NCBI GenBank assembly: GCA_017499595.2
Contig: CM039008.1
Coordinates: 1,984,001-2,048,000 of the forward strand
Reading direction: 5' to 3'
DNA: 64,000 nucleotides
Origin: Psilocybe cubensis
Lineage: Eukaryota
In this document: positions 49,130-64,000 of the stretch, one piece after another
How positions within the stretch are numbered: position 1 is the stretch's first letter
Layout of the letters: each line of letters opens with the position of its first letter
Program-made: the position numbers and the translations under genes
Notes under the pieces: model-generated
Told to the model about the DNA's origin: nothing
Database searches by the model: none
The model's input: only the letters and a program-made list of their open reading frames with translations

Positions 49130-51178
49130 TCATGACTTGACCCCGTTAATAATGTTGCCCAGAGTAAAGGTGATTCGAGTGCGGGCATGAGCGCTCTCTG
49201 TAGAATCACCGCCTATAAGTTTGCCATTTTCGTAGCCAGTGGTTATGCCTTCGTAGATGAGCATGAGCATCTTGATCCATTGTTTTCCCCAAACATTGCA
49301 AGCTTCCAAACCAAGGACGTCGAGTGCCGCTATAGAAAATGAATTAACCATTGTGAGATGCGAAGTCGAAGACAGTAAGGTACTCACTGAAGATAAGCCA
49401 TGGAGCTACCGGATCTTGTAACAACCTGGTATCCGATGTTATTCTCGCAAACCATGTCCAGGCTCGAGTTATCTGGAACATGCTGTCCAGAGGCTTCTGC
49501 ATGGGCGTAATCTTGATGACACAAAAATAAACCCTCATCATGGCAGCAATGCGCTGTGAGCGATCTTTGACAGATTCCAAGCCTTCGGCGACCATACTCT
49601 TCCTCCATCCCGAGGCTTTTGTATAATCTTCGCGAGATTCCCAAGGTTTGTTATCGAGGGTGTGGCTGGGTGGTATTATCCCGATCGGCCACCCTCCACA
49701 GCGTTGGACGAGTTTGGCGAAGAAAATGGACGCAAAATTGTCGAGTGTTTCGCAGAGAGTGAAGGCGACCTGGCCAAGAGCTTCTGCTATACGTGGTTCT
49801 GCTGTGACTTCTGTTTCTGCCTGAAGAAGTATGGCTTTCGCAAGTGCCGAGCAAAGAGTTGCGTAAATAGTGGGTTCGTGTGGACGCCCGCTTGGGGGTC
49901 GCATGATCTGCAAAAGTTCTTTGGTCTGTGGAATGTTAACGTACGCACCCAAGAGAGAACGTCCTATAACTTACTATTCTATTAATCGACTCAGCGTCGT
50001 TTGTTAGTTGTCCAATTCTGGGCGTAATTAGCCTACGCAGACGACCACACTCTGCTTTGTACTCCTTGTTCGATTTGACAAACGCGATTGGGCCTGTCTT
50101 GAGATTTTGTAAATTTGTCCGAGCGACTCTCCAGTCTTCCTCAGCTGGCGCAAGTTGAAGTGCCTCTCGCAGCTTGTTTTCGGCGTCCCCTTCCTTGCTC
50201 TTGAATTCCTCCAACTTCTTTCTTTGTTCTTCTTCTTCTTTCTCTCGTTGTAGTTGTTCTTCCTCCGCTCTTTTCTTCTCCGCCTCTGCCTTTAATCTTT
50301 CAGCTTCCTCCTTCAGCTTCTTCTCCTCGATCAGCCGCCGGCGCAACTCCTCCTCTTTGCGCTTTTTCTCCTCCTCTTCTCGGACTCTCCTCTCCTCCTC
50401 TAATTTCTTGGCAAGCTTGTCCTCTTCTGCTTTGATGACAGCCTCGATCCTGTCCCACAGTTCCTTTTCGCGTTTCTGCCACTGCTCTTTCAGGACGGTC
50501 TCTTCCCGTAGCGCCCTCATTCTCATCTCCTCGGACCGCTGATGAATAGAAGCTGCCTCTGCTGCATACCGAGACGATAGCTGTTCCAGTTGAACTCGTC
50601 GCTTTTCTTCTTGTTCAGAGTTTCTTTGGGCTTCGTATTCGGTAAATTGTTTTCGGGCAGTGTTCTATGGAATTGTTAGATCGTTGGCGTGTTTATAGTT
50701 AGAGAAAAATTGTACTTACAAGTGCATCTCTTCGGACTCCTTTTTCCCATTCCTCGTAGGGATCTTGATACCGTGCGCGAAGGCGTATTGCAGATATCGT
50801 TTCTTCTATCTGACGCTCTTCAAGTGGTGTGCGTTGGATATGTCTTGGCCGTCTAGTGCGATATTCAATACATGAGGTTTGGGTGGCGTCGTAAAAGGAA
50901 CTTACAATGAGAGTTTGTTGATATCTGACACTAGCTCAAAAGTTGATCCATTCGCCGATGAAGAGCTTGCTGACTCTGTGTCCGAATGTGCAAAGCTGTC
51001 CTCGACCTCCGAGTTGTACTCTTCTGACTCAGAGTCGGAATATAGCCCAAATGTCGACGTTCCTCTTGGCCTGCGCGTCCTAGACAACGTATGAGTTTCA
51101 TGTTTCGATTGGATTGTACGAAAAGATCTACACTCGTTCCGGTGAGGGCGACACTGATCTTGGGGCGTGAAATTTCAT
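49130..51178 (-). CDS. GLE1: mRNA export factor GLE1
   Basis: Starts MKFHAPRSVSPSP, followed by a charged coiled coil, RRLITPRIGQLTN, LAKAILLQAETEV and AWTWFARI. Confidence 0.85.
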
Positions 51179-52464
51179 GCCACAACTAAACTACAGCTGT
51201 CACACTCTAAATAAATATGAACTGGCACCGTTTGAGATTAACAGAAATTGAGAAAGGTGGTGTGGCCAAGTCGTGGTTGAAAACAAACTAAACAAAAAGG
51301 TATTGACGTGACGAAAGGCGTGCCCTCACCTGGAACCCACGACGTGACATTGTCACGCGTCGACGGTGACGCCGTTGGAAATCTTTTCTCAACACTGTCC
51401 TCTCAACTTTTATGCAACTTTGCCTTTCCTATTCTTTGCAAAAAAACTCATGGAAAATCCGAAAAAATTCAGGAGATTTCAAGAACTCGACCGCCTTTTA
51501 CGCATATGAGATAGCAAAATCGTACCCAAATTGAATGACACGAATCCGACAGTTGACGAGTGCCAGTTTATCTACCAGAACCTGCAGGCTGGTCAAAAAC
51601 AAACAGCGTCTTCAGGTTTGGTGTCGAGGGCCGAAGTGAATGCATACTGATTTGTTTATTCCGACTATGACATCTTCAGGTTTTACAGCAATACACTCTA
51701 TATGTAATCAGGTAAGCATATTTCGCCAGCATGTCGATGTTCCATTGGCGTCAATTGGGTCTTATTCTCTGGACCGTCTTTCATCTCATATTCTACCATT
51801 CAACCTGCCCTGATTGCTCGAACTGGAAAGGAGATGACAGGAGCATGTGGTATCGTAGGGCAACCTCTATGGATGAGGGACTCAGAAAATTAGGTCTTCT
51901 GGGAAATCAGACACGGAAATCAGACACAGTCCCTTTTCTTGCGCTCTGTTCGGAATACATCTTAGGCAAAATATGGTTAGGAGGGATCTGTGGTTAGTTG
52001 TTTCTCGGCGTGTTCACTTGGGGCATACTAAATGCAATAAGTCAAACGATATCGAGGGTTTAAAACAACCATCGTAATGATGTCGCTTCGGGCATTAAAC
52101 CTTATTAGACGCTCGCATAGGCTTGCATGCTGGGTGCCTCACGGAGACAAGATGTTTAATGCACCACATTCAATCATTCATGTGCTTTTCCTTATGCATG
52201 CATTCAAGTTTTTCTAAGCGTTTTTCTCTGAACAACTTTCTTCTTTCTTTCTATTTCTCTCTTCTCATTCTCTCGCCGTTTCTTTTCTCCTTCCTCTTTC
52301 TTATTTTGATCGCAGAACGACTCGCGTTGCTGCCTCATAATACACTCAGAAAACCGAATCAATCCATCCCGACAGGGAAACGTTATATTTTCAAGAATCG
52401 AGACGAAGAGCTCGCAACCTCGGTACAAAACTACAATTTCCTCCAACACGGCCTAGAAATTGTA

Positions 52465-53804
52465 ATGTCTGAATCATTGTTATACGACCGATTCCCGAAA
52501 AGTTTGCCTCCTTATATCGGGGCAGTTATGGTACGCTCTTTTCAGTTCATTTTCACCTGGGAGCCACCTAACTGTTGACTAGCTTGAAACGTTTCTTTAC
52601 GGTCTTTATGTGATTCTCTTCGCCATCTGTGCATATGTTCTCGTGCGGCGGAACAAAAACCTCCATTGGATATTGCTGTCTTTCGCCGTCGCGATGTTTG
52701 CCATAGCGTCAGCAGACATAATCTACACATACTACATTCTCTTTTGCAAAGCTTTGAAGGGTGGCTTAACATTTAATCACCTGAAGCCGAAGTATTTGAT
52801 GTATGTGACCAACAAGTACGTGCCTATTATCTGTTTGGTAGTGGATGAAATGATAGAATATTAATTGTTTCTCCAGCGTTCTTGCCGATACTCTACTTTT
52901 ATATCGATGCTACGTTGTTTGGGAGTACAGAAAGACAATCGTCGTTGGGCCTTGTATTTTATTGATTGCGGGAACAGGTCAGTTGAAATAATATATGCGT
53001 CACGTATTGTTTCTCACATTTTTGTTATCCACAGTTTGCGGCTACATTTTTGAAGGCTCTTCATCGGAGCTGTTCAACCTAGCCTACATCTATTTAATTT
53101 TAACCTTGATACTAAACGTCATTTTGACATGTTTGACCGGTACGTTGTATCGTGGACATGACAATATCCCGTCAACTTTGCAAAAGTGCTGACTATTTTT
53201 GTAGCTGGAAGAATATGGTGGTTAGCACGCAAGGCAAGACTTGTTCTCGGCGCTGGACTTCTTCAACGGTACAACGCTACAACTACCATTCTGTAAGTCC
53301 CTCTAAAATCAAAATGATTTTTATCTTGCTAAGCCAGTCGTCGCGGTAGTATTGAATCGGGACTCGTGTACTCCATATATATTATTCTTAACCTTGCTTT
53401 GCGGAACACAAAAGTTGTCAACGTGAGCACGCGGGTGGTCCTAATGCAGCCTAATTTATCCTGAACTGGTCTTTAATTATTCAGATTATACTTGACGCTG
53501 GACTCATCCAAGTTGTTGTAAGTGTTGCTTCACATTCCACTCCGACAAGTACTTTAATTCTTATCGCAATTGATTTCAGGGTATCATGCCTACTCTCATT
53601 ATTGTCCAAGTTGGACTCGGTCGAGCGGTGTACGATATCGAGGCGAACCAGGCTATTGCGCGTCTGGAAACAAACAAAGGGACTATTATGATGAACAGAT
53701 CTTACTCTGATGTTATACACTGCGTTCGCTCACGCGAGTACCATCAAACTTCTAGCGATAATTTTGCTGTAGCTGAAAGCGAGGCCACGCTTCCATTGCC
53801 ATAA
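52465..53804 (+). CDS. Multi-pass (about 7 TM) integral membrane protein, multi-exon
   Basis: Hydrophobic exons with LADTLLLYRCYVVW, AGRIWW, IESGLVYS and GIMPTLIIVQVGLG motifs. Confidence 0.75.
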
Positions 53805-54679
53805 TTAACTTTCTTGAATACCTTGAACCTATTTACCTGGTTTCAATTTGGCTAATCTATATATGAAGGATGTTGAAGACGGCGAACGGTTATCCTTTGT
53901 CTTTTTGTTGACGGGCCGTTCTCAACCAGCAATGCCAATTTCATATTCACTTTCTGGCTCATGATCGGCCTTTGATTGCAACGGCGAACGGTCCTCGCGG
54001 GCGAATTTATCCATGGTCGGAGTTCGTATGGCGTTGGCGCTTCTTTTTCTTCATTGCCAAGAATCGGTACTATCTAGTATCTAGGCCATATTATCAGATC
54101 GCAAATTCTGTGGGCTTTCGGTTGTACCGGAAGTGTGAAACCTCGGTTAATGCTTATGATACGTTAGTGCTGATCGATTCGTTTCTAGAAATAAGACTAA
54201 ACTTCCCCGAAAGCCAGAACGAGTGCTACCCTGAATGAAGGGTCAAGGAGCATGAGTCCGGCCAGTGGCTATCGTCTCTATTGTTTTTACACGCGTTTCT
54301 GATTATTTGGGCTCAAGACACCACTTTCAGGATTCCGAGCCTACCGAGACTACCGTAGACCGCCCAAAATGATTACCAGTACTTTCAAACGCTCGACTTC
54401 GAAATCCGTCACAAACGGAAAAGAAGTGAGACTCTCATATACACCGACAAGGGGGTTACCGCTTGTGAAGTTAAAACTTCTGTCAATACGACTCTGGGAT
54501 GACCAATGATATCTCAATCTTCATTACGCGCTCATGTCTTCTTAGACAAATCATGCTTATTGAATATTGATAACGGCCCACTTACTTCTGCCGTCATGAG
54601 TAGAGTATAAAGAGAGAAAGCTCTGCTTTATGGACGTCTAACCACCCAAGTATTTCTGCTTTTTTATGACGTCAACAAA

Positions 54680-56786
54680 ATGACCCACATTTTCTTCTCA
54701 GCTTTTCCGGCATGGGGTGAGCATCGACACCTCTATAATAATTGATGCTTCTGACCGTCGATGGATTCTAATCATTGGATATAGGTCACCTGAGAGCGTT
54801 ATGTATTCTAGCAGCGCGTCTTGTAAAGGAGAACAAGAACTTGACTGTGACTCTTCTGCTCCCCCCAAATCATCTAAAAAAAGCAGTAGCGGAGATCACA
54901 GCTGAATTTGGTGGTGAATCATCAGAAAACAACTGGAAACGGCTTAGGTGTGGATATTTGCATCTGATGCTTGACTCTTCATTAGCTCAGATGAATTTTT
55001 TACAGGGCCTTTTCTCCCTTCAAACTGGAGTCTGAACATCCATTAGAGCTCGTCCAATTGATGGTAGCATGCTATCCGACGGTCTATCAACAACTTTTGA
55101 ACAGCCAATCTATTACGTGCTCGATAACCGGGGATGTGTTTGACTCTATCCTACCTCCGGATATGGTCATTCTAGATGTAAGTATTGCCTGCTGTTGTTC
55201 GGTGATCATCCCTTAATCACCTTCGGCAGTTTTTCGCCCATCCTCAATTGTTGGCGACACGGGAGGCCACGGGAACTAAAATTCCTATTGCAGTTTTTGT
55301 GTGTGCTCATGCCGCGACTATTCTTCGTACATTGGGTCCAGAGCATTATGGTGGTCGTGGTGATCTTAACGCTAAGATTGAAGCTGAGGCTGCTCGCAGA
55401 GGTATCACACCTTTGGAGGTTGGGGACTCGGTGGGTACCCCTGGACATATATGTTGTGGGTTACAACTTACAAAGCCGAATTCAGGTCTATAGCCACACC
55501 GATGGTACGATAATCAAAATAGCTGGAATTCCTGACATGTATGATTGGGAGTATTTCCCACAGCTGGTATGACCGTGAACTGTTGTTCTATACACATCAT
55601 CGGCTTACCGACAATTTAAGCTCCCATTCGATCTGCCCGTATCCCAAATTATGATACAAGCGTATCGGTGAGTGTTTCCGACTCGTTGAATTGTGGGTTA
55701 TATCAATGTACCAAACTTTCTGCAGTGGGCTAAGGGATAGTGATGTTATTATTTCTGGATCTGCACAAGACTTCGAACCGGAGACGCTGGAGGCATTCAA
55801 GTCATGGTTTACTGAATGGAATAAAAAGGTATACGTAGTCGGCCCCCTTATTCCATCAAAACCAACGACGTTTGTCATCCCATCAAATGATGCTCAAAAT
55901 ACCGGCCTTGTTGAAACGTTCCTTGACAAGGCTCTTGCAGAGCATGGGCGGCTGTCTACAGTTCTGGTGAGTTCTATACATAGTACGGTATGCCCCATCA
56001 ATTGTTAACATCGCTCAGCTCTCTTTTGGGTCATTATTTTGGCCCCATGAGCAAGGCTATCTGGAAGAAGTTATAGAAGCTTTGATTGAGAAGAAATTCC
56101 CTTTTGTAAGTCGAGTTTTTCCTGTCTGCGCAATTTGCGCTGAGGTGTTTTTCTAGATTGTTTCTTATGCTTCGCCTTTTGCGAAAATTTCGGATGATCT
56201 ACTGGAAAGGGTCCAGAGTTCAGGATATGGGCTAATTGCGAGATGGTTGCCGCAGCTTTACGTTTTAAATCATCCTGTGCGTGCACGCCTCATTACTGCT
56301 GACGTATGCCAGGCTAACAAATTTACACAGGCAACTGGGTGGTTTATCACCCACTCCGGTCAGAACGGTGTTCTGGAAGCACTGGGGACTGGTGTTCCAA
56401 TGTAAGTCTACTCCTCAGAGAGCGTATCAAATCTGGCGCTCACCACAAATCGCAGGATTTGTTGGCCTTTCGAAGCCGACCAACCTGCTGCCGCTGCACA
56501 TTTGTCTGAAAATCTGAAAGTTGCTTTCGAATTACTGGAAGTCAGGACTGGAGAAAGGGGGCTAAAACCTCTCTTGCGAAATGGTAGGCAAGCAAAGGGC
56601 ACTCGCGAAGCCGTTGGAATCGAAATTAGGGATGTCCTAGATGCGTGCCGTGGAGAGAAGGGGGCTGAGTTACGAAAGAATGCCCAGGCTATCAAGGCCA
56701 AGTTTGACAAAACCTGGCAAGCCGATGGTATCAGCAGAAAGGACTTTAACGCCTGTTTAGAGCAGTATGGCATTCATCTTTCCTAG
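54680..56786 (+). CDS. UDP-glycosyltransferase (GT1), paralog of the gene at 45458
   Basis: MTHIFFSAFPAW/GHLRAL; PSPG box WLPQLYVLNHPATGWFITHSGQNGVLEAL...CWPFEADQP. Intron pattern is similar to the 45458 gene. Confidence 0.9.
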
Positions 56787-57023
56787 ACGACATCTTATAC
56801 AGGTCGCACTTGTACCATCATTAGAGACTAATTGGAATACGAACTTTGTCAATGTATAGCCCAGAGTTCCCGACGATCTGCATGTAATCATGCTACCTCA
56901 ATTGGTGACCCAGAACATCAATTGTTGAGAAATACAAACTATAATGAGAGCTTCGTAATACAAGATAGAAGATTGAGATGCTAACTAATCGTCAATACAG
57001 ATGAAGACATAACGCCATTTGAA

Positions 57024-57989
57024 TTAATCATAGAACACAAGAGTTCTGATTTCGATTGACTCCCTGAAAGGAGCACCCTCAGGTGTAGAAGGATCTTCAA
57101 ATCCAGTGTGGGGAGTAAATACGGCCACGCTGCCATCTTGGATAGAATCAAAGCTGTCACCGGGACTGTAAGCAATGAAAGAAAGCAAATTATCCTAGTA
57201 GATAAAAAACGACGCACCACTTGATCAGCACACCTTCCTCTGGAGTCATACCACGAAGGTACTTCCATTTGTGGTTTGGATTATACTTAACACCTAGCGT
57301 TTCCCCCTCTCGATCTGGGTAAATAAGTGCTACAGGGACTATGTCTGCAGGATCAACGCTGGTGTGGTCGCAAAGTGCCAGAGGCCAGTCGAGGGCAGCG
57401 TGCTTAATTGGCCTCCACAAGTTAATTATTTGGAAACGTTTTTCCAAGAGCTGAGGGACATCCGAAGGTGGGAGGTGCCTATGAACACGGGCGATAGATG
57501 CCTTCGAGGATTGATCGACATGCACTTGGGCAACCGGGGCATTAAATGGAGATTTTTGACCAGGGATTCGACGACGTAGGGCTTTTCACAATTCGTGTGA
57601 TTAGAAGGTCAACAAACTAGTGAAAGAAACGAGTATTTACTGTGATCGAAAATGACTACCCGAGTGGCTCCGGTTAATTTCTTTATGAGCTCAATACTTT
57701 CGGGATAGTATTCCGCCTTGATTTCGTCGTCATTCGTGAACGAAGTGTGTTTCGGCGGGTGGATAAAGTATTGGAAACCCGTTTTATCAAGAGATACAGA
57801 ATCTTCCCTCCCACGCAGATTTTCAATCACAATGTTTGGCCGTTCCTCGGTGTCAAAATTCTTCTCAGCAGTACGCTCGCCTGTAACAGGGTCCACGAGT
57901 GCCTTTTGGTACGCCCTTTCTCCTCCAGCTGGAGGTGTGAAATAATGAAGAGTGGTAGTCACAGATACAGGCGACGTTAAACCGGGCAT
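57024..57989 (-). CDS. AsaB/CmcJ-like hydroxylase/desaturase-type oxygenase
   Basis: SLDKTGF; VVIFDHTLRRR; HVDQS; IINLWRP...PLALCD; PHTGF...RESIEIRTLVFYD. Confidence 0.8.
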
Positions 57990-58576
57990 GGCGAGATGTA
58001 TTCATAACACCCAAGTCTGTTGTTTTAAACTACAAGATTTCCTATTTGTAGTTACAAACATTGTAATCCAGCCCGATGAGTTCATTGCAGACAGTTCTTG
58101 CGTGCTTGGTACATGACCATTTGTTAGAGTAGAAGGTATTCTGCCCGAAGGGCTTAATCATCATATCCCAATACGTCAGCGATATTATATGCGGTTCACC
58201 GGAAAAGAGGAGGATTAATAATGATTTGGGACCAAACGAAAATGCCGAAAGAGAGTTGGAATAAGTACATGCTTTCTCTCTGGATAGTCTTAATCGCTCA
58301 GAGTATATTATGGAAATATGTACCATTGAGTCTATAACAAACCAAGAAACGTCAGAAAACATGTTACCATATGACATACCAAGTAAAGATAGAGCAATAT
58401 TTCCTTTCCCCCGCCGCGTAAAAGGCGGGGAAATGTAATTTTGGGCAGATATTACTACTCTGCAACGGGCGCTTAAACTGTCACTGTTATCATATTACCA
58501 ACACAGGAAGTTAAATAAATCAACAAGGTTAGAGCGTCAAAGCCGCCGCACGGAGGCAGTGCAGTGACTAAATGAA

Positions 58577-59272
58577 TTAATGACCGCCATTACCCTTGAG
58601 CTTCCTCCACGCCCTTTGGACTGCTTTCTTAGCCTTAAGTGCCTTCACTTTTGTTGCATTCCCTTTTTTAACAGGAGCATGGGAAAAAGGATGGTTCCTG
58701 GCATTTGCATTGTTTGGGATTGGCCTCTTGGGATCGTGATAAGACACGCCAATGTTGAAATGAGAGTCTCCGTGATTCCTCCAGGCCATGATACGGTCAC
58801 TCCCGACTTTCATGGAGTTCTGTCCTTGGGGATTCTGGTGCGGTGTGCCGGGTCTCCCGTGGAATGGGTAGTGATACGCTAAGTCATGCCCATGAGCTGG
58901 GTCGTGCGCATGCTCCGTCGGGCGGAACCCAGAAGATGCTTTTGGGTAAGTTCTTATGCCTTTCCGCATCCTATTGGAGGTGTATGTAGGAGCATTGGGA
59001 ATCGCGTCGTGGACGAGACGATGCGCTGCGGCGTTAACCTCTGTGTGCGAGTACTGGATGGCTTGCTCATCAACGTACTGCTTTAACAGCAGCGAGAAAT
59101 ATGGCACATACGACGTGGTTATGGGTTTCAACGTAGGTACCAGGGGGCAAAGGAGTAAATCCGCCATGTGCATGATGAGGATGCGCGGGATCTGTGTGCG
59201 CAAACGTCTTGCCACTCTACTAATTGGGCTGATTTACACAAAACTCACCATCTTGAGGGTGCCTGACGCCAT
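58577..59272 (-). CDS. Basic, His-rich protein with a possible RNase T1/ribotoxin-like motif order
   Basis: YPK...YHYP...VGSDRI...GVSYH...NHPF. The 5' exon structure is uncertain. Confidence 0.5.
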
Positions 59273-60108
59273 GTCCCACCGGTATCAGATTCACTCTACG
59301 GCATATCTCAGAAACATCCTCATTGGTCGTACAAGAGTTTCCGAATTTCTTAGAGTTAAAGAAAAGATTTAAATGAATCCACCAGCTGAATACTTCATCA
59401 ATAACTCACCAAAATCGGAGCTGCATGAACCAAGTACGCCAAAAATGTCCACAATGAAAGCAAAAGACCAAGGTGATAACGCATGATAAATGTAATTAGG
59501 TGCGAATATGTTTGATTATGGTATAATCTCGACCAGCGAGAGCAGTCTCAAACGAGCCAGCGGCTGAGATAGTGACCTGAGGGAAAGGTTGAGAGGCAAT
59601 CAGACACTTCATCCTCTTTATAACCCCAGAAAACATTGGCATTGACAGATGACAGTGCCTCTCGCTAATAAGATCGACCCGTGTGCGTGAAATTCGGAAC
59701 TGGCGCCCTGAAGTTGAGGCTTTGGATTTTTCCCTGGCCCAGGTGAAGCATTGAAGTCGCGCACAAGTCAACCCCTCGAAGAATCGAAATCTGCGAGGGC
59801 TCCAGTTCCAAACGATGGCCGAGTCGTAGCTCCTCAAAGCATAGTTTTCTGTGTTTGCATGGCGTTTCAAGGTGTGGCCCATTTGTGCATCTCAGAACAA
59901 CAGCAAGCAGTGGCGTCCCAGAAAGAGTTTCAAAGCTTGCCAAGGCGGATTGATCTGTCAATTCGCAGGCGTCATGTGAACGGTCAAGGACGTACGCATG
60001 TCGGGGAAATCCGAAGCGCCGAAGGGTATATCACAACGCACTGCCATAGCGTTTATCGCTACCATATAATCACCAACCAGTCATTTCGAAAGCCATTCAA
60101 GTGCACCA

Positions 60109-60999
60109 ATGTCAGCAAGCCAGAACGAAAGTGACTGGAAGACATCATGGGCATCCGCCCTCGTTGCCGAACCTTACTCGCCAGAAAATGTCGAACAGCG
60201 TCTTCAAGACCTATTGGATGGCAAGACAGTTCTTGGGGTGACTGGATCCGACAAAAAGAATGCGAAAAATGTATTGGAGGGATTTGTCCAGGGAGCCGAC
60301 TGGACATTCAAACCCTCTGCGTTCGACGACGTCTGGCACGCCGTGTTTAAGATTGCCAAGAGACTAGGGTGCACAGAGCGCATCCGTGAGGCGACATATT
60401 TCTGGACAGAGGCCTTCCTATTAGACGAAGCGTGGGACGTGGATCCACCAGAGGAAGCGGACAAGGATCATCCGATCTATGGTGGGGAATACGACAATAG
60501 CTGGATTTCGGCGTCTCTCGGCGACGCGCGCCTATTTTCGCTTGGCTATGGCTACTCGGCCTTTGCCCACAATGCATTTTTAGATGGGCTTGGACTCGGA
60601 GGCGAGAAGAGTAACTCGGATAGTATGCGCATTGCCTCGTGCGCGCAGCTTTTAGCTGCTGGTCAGCGATTGAAGTTGCATTTTCATGGAGGAGGCGATA
60701 GCCATGATACTCCAGGTTTTGCAGGCCGATATCTGAAGGCCAGACCGCCAAAGGAACAGGAGACTGCGAAGAAAGAAGGAGAAGCTTTCTGGAGAGAAGT
60801 TCTGAAGGCGCTTGAGGATCAGCAAAGTCAAGCTCGCCCTAGGGCAGCGGCACTTTTGAAGGTATTTCAGTCATTGCTAATCACACCGTTGATTCTAAGC
60901 TGTATATCTTAGTTAACGCTGGATCACATAAAGTCAGACTCGCCGGATAAGTCAAGCGCTGAGGTTGCCAAGATCGTATGGACCTCTGAGCAGTCGTAG
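60109..60999 (+). CDS. Hypothetical helical protein (weak DUF3632-like resemblance)
   Basis: 267-aa ORF plus a short second exon after an intron at about 60862-60912. Confidence 0.65.
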
Positions 61000-61160
61000 G
61001 TTGTGTAGTCGTGTATTGTCATTTCTCCCACGTCAATGATGCCTTGATTATCGATGAAAGAGTCTTGTTGCAAAGTTCAATCAACCACTGCACTCTCCTC
61101 TGAACATTGTAAGTTGGTTTTGCGTTCCCATGAGCAACTCCTATTTGAAATTCAGAATCC

Positions 61161-61439
61161 ATGTGTTCCCAAATCATCTCGAAGTACACCAGATGCACAA
61201 ATAATCCCAAGCATATGTACGTTGAAGAAGCGTGCTGCAGCAGAAACGGTAAATGTAACAACGCTCTCTTTCTGAAGTCTTATCGACTATCTCCAGGAAA
61301 TGGCGTCTGGTGCGAGCGGCAGGCTGACGGGGAGTATCCCTCATACAACAATATGACCACAGGGACTAGGATTGCTTGTGTTATTTGCAACCATATTATT
61401 ATTATTCACAATTACACACCTCCAGCTCCGTCATCTTAA
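61161..61439 (+). CDS. Small Cys-rich hypothetical protein
   Basis: ATG-initiated 92-aa ORF with the pattern MC...Y..C...H...CC...C...C...CxxC. Confidence 0.4.
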   Translation: MCSQIISKYTRCTNNPKHMYVEEACCSRNGKCNNALFLKSYRLSPGNGVWCERQADGEYPSYNNMTTGTRIACVICNHIIIIHNYTPPAPSS

Positions 61440-61995
61440 GGAGGCTTTAGTTGAGACCAACTCGAGATTAGCTAGGACAATGGGTCTCCTTTTTGAATAG
61501 CTAGTACATCCAGTATACGCTACTGTATTCCATTTTCTTTACCTGCCGTGCACAGAAACCGTCCACCTTACAGGTTACTATTGCTTCTAATTGCATACCT
61601 CTATCACCGTCCTCTTAAACCAACACAGACACTCAGGCTTTGCCGACTTGGGCTTTGAATACGTAGACTAGCATATCAACTCCTAGAAAAGTCGTTATTG
61701 ATGAAAATGAAATAAATCCCAGGTAACTCATGCTTGCCTCACGAAAAGGATCCATGTTTGACGCGTCTAAGCCGAGTTGGACAAACTACTACGGTCTGGG
61801 CATTCCCACGGGTAATTACCGCTTTTATCTAATCTGATCCCCTCATCCGACCAACTCCGATATATTGACCTTGTTCTCGCTCGGTTCTCCTCTTTTCCAT
61901 TCACCTCGACAACGTTTAAGTGAGTTTTCAAGTATTTGAAGGCGTGCAACTGTCCACGTACTTATTTCGTACTAGATCCTACAGTATTTGACAAA

Positions 61996-63071
<1,076 letters not shown>

Positions 63072-63850
63072 AAATCCAAACAATTGTGTAAATCATTGTA
63101 ATTTCTATAGAGCAAACACACAAGATTTTAAACCTATTCATGTGTTTGGGAGTCGCTTATTGCTGAGATATGCGCATGTAGTTGGTTCATATTTGCCCCA
63201 CAATGTGCGTGGATGCTCGACGCGTCGATTTCTGCAATGACCCCTTTCCTTCGCGAGGAAACCCTTGCGCTCGCGAACGTTATGGGCCCGGATACTAGTG
63301 CCGGAAGATCTGACATCTTTCTTATTTAATGACAGCATGCTTTTCTGAAATTCTACGTGCAAGTTTGGAGCCTGTACTCGGCCTAACGCGTCGATATCGG
63401 GTGTCTCCTGCAAGATGCCTCTCGTATTTTCGTTATTCTATTTCTGATGCAGTTACAACTGTAAACCTCTGCAAAACTACTGTCGTCTATAAATGTGACT
63501 TCACATAGCTGGTTTTCCTACATCATATTTACAGTTCGTTATGAGTGCCATCTCGAATGAAGCCATGGAATGTTTTCAAAATGCCTGTCAAGTGAACATA
63601 TTGTGTTGTAAGCTAAACCTATGTATATCTCCTCAGACGCGTCTAATTAGGCAAGAATAACTAGTTTTTATAGCGATCATCGATCATGTTTGTTGTGAAC
63701 AGGTTGAAGGGCCACCAAAATAAATGCGCCACGCCAACTCTATTACCATAAATGGTAGTTCCATGACTATCAATCCTCCCTGCCACGTGAGATGGTCCGT
63801 GCGTATTTACAGAAAGTATATATTGGAAAGGCGAATAATTCGAATTCTTT

Positions 63851-64000
63851 ACCACTCTGGCCTTTTGGCTTAGATCAAGTGTAGTATCTGTTCTTAATAG
63901 TTTAACCACTATTATGGAGCCACCGGCTCCATTCTTGGTTATCTTATTTTTGCCGCCCCAGCTCCTCGGGCTCTGCTTGCACCCCTTGGACGTGATGACC
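63851..64000 (+). ncRNA. U2: U2 spliceosomal snRNA (3' end may extend past the window)
   Basis: GGCCTTTTGGCTTAGATCAAGTGTAGTATCTGTTCTT includes the branch-site pairing sequence GTAGTA. Stem IIa and IIb hairpins (ATGGAGCC-ACC-GGCTCCAT) and the Sm site ATTTTTG follow. Confidence 0.95.

Noticed and set aside
63661-63909. ORF MVKLLRTDTTLDLSQKA...
   Set aside because: It is the antisense translation of the U2 snRNA gene, not a protein.

Overview
Intron-rich fungal genomic DNA. The gene content and short GT-AG introns point to a basidiomycete, probably Agaricales; this is inferred from the sequence alone. The main structure is a 38,940-bp CACTA/En-Spm-type DNA transposon at 6243-45182. It has CACTG...CAGTG termini and 1,524-bp inverted repeats that appear identical, and each repeat carries a copy of a small spliced gene. 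The core (about 14.5-36.6 kb) holds apparently intact spliced genes: a Transposase_21/DUF4218-type transposase, a divergent full-architecture SPT5 paralog, a coiled-coil RING protein, a WD40 protein, a ~1,400-aa repeat-rich protein and several unknowns. The arms between the core and the inverted repeats are mosaics of decayed host gene fragments (SOF1/DCAF13, dynactin p150, importin Pse1/Kap121, probably Msb1/Mug8). Left of the element are a Ser-rich ORF, a decayed FunK1-like kinase and tandem repeats. Right of it is ordinary host DNA: two UDP-glycosyltransferases, GLE1, a multi-TM protein, an AsaB/CmcJ-like oxygenase, a possible T1-like RNase, triosephosphate isomerase and U2 snRNA. Family calls come from recognised motifs, not database searches, and exon boundaries were inferred by eye.
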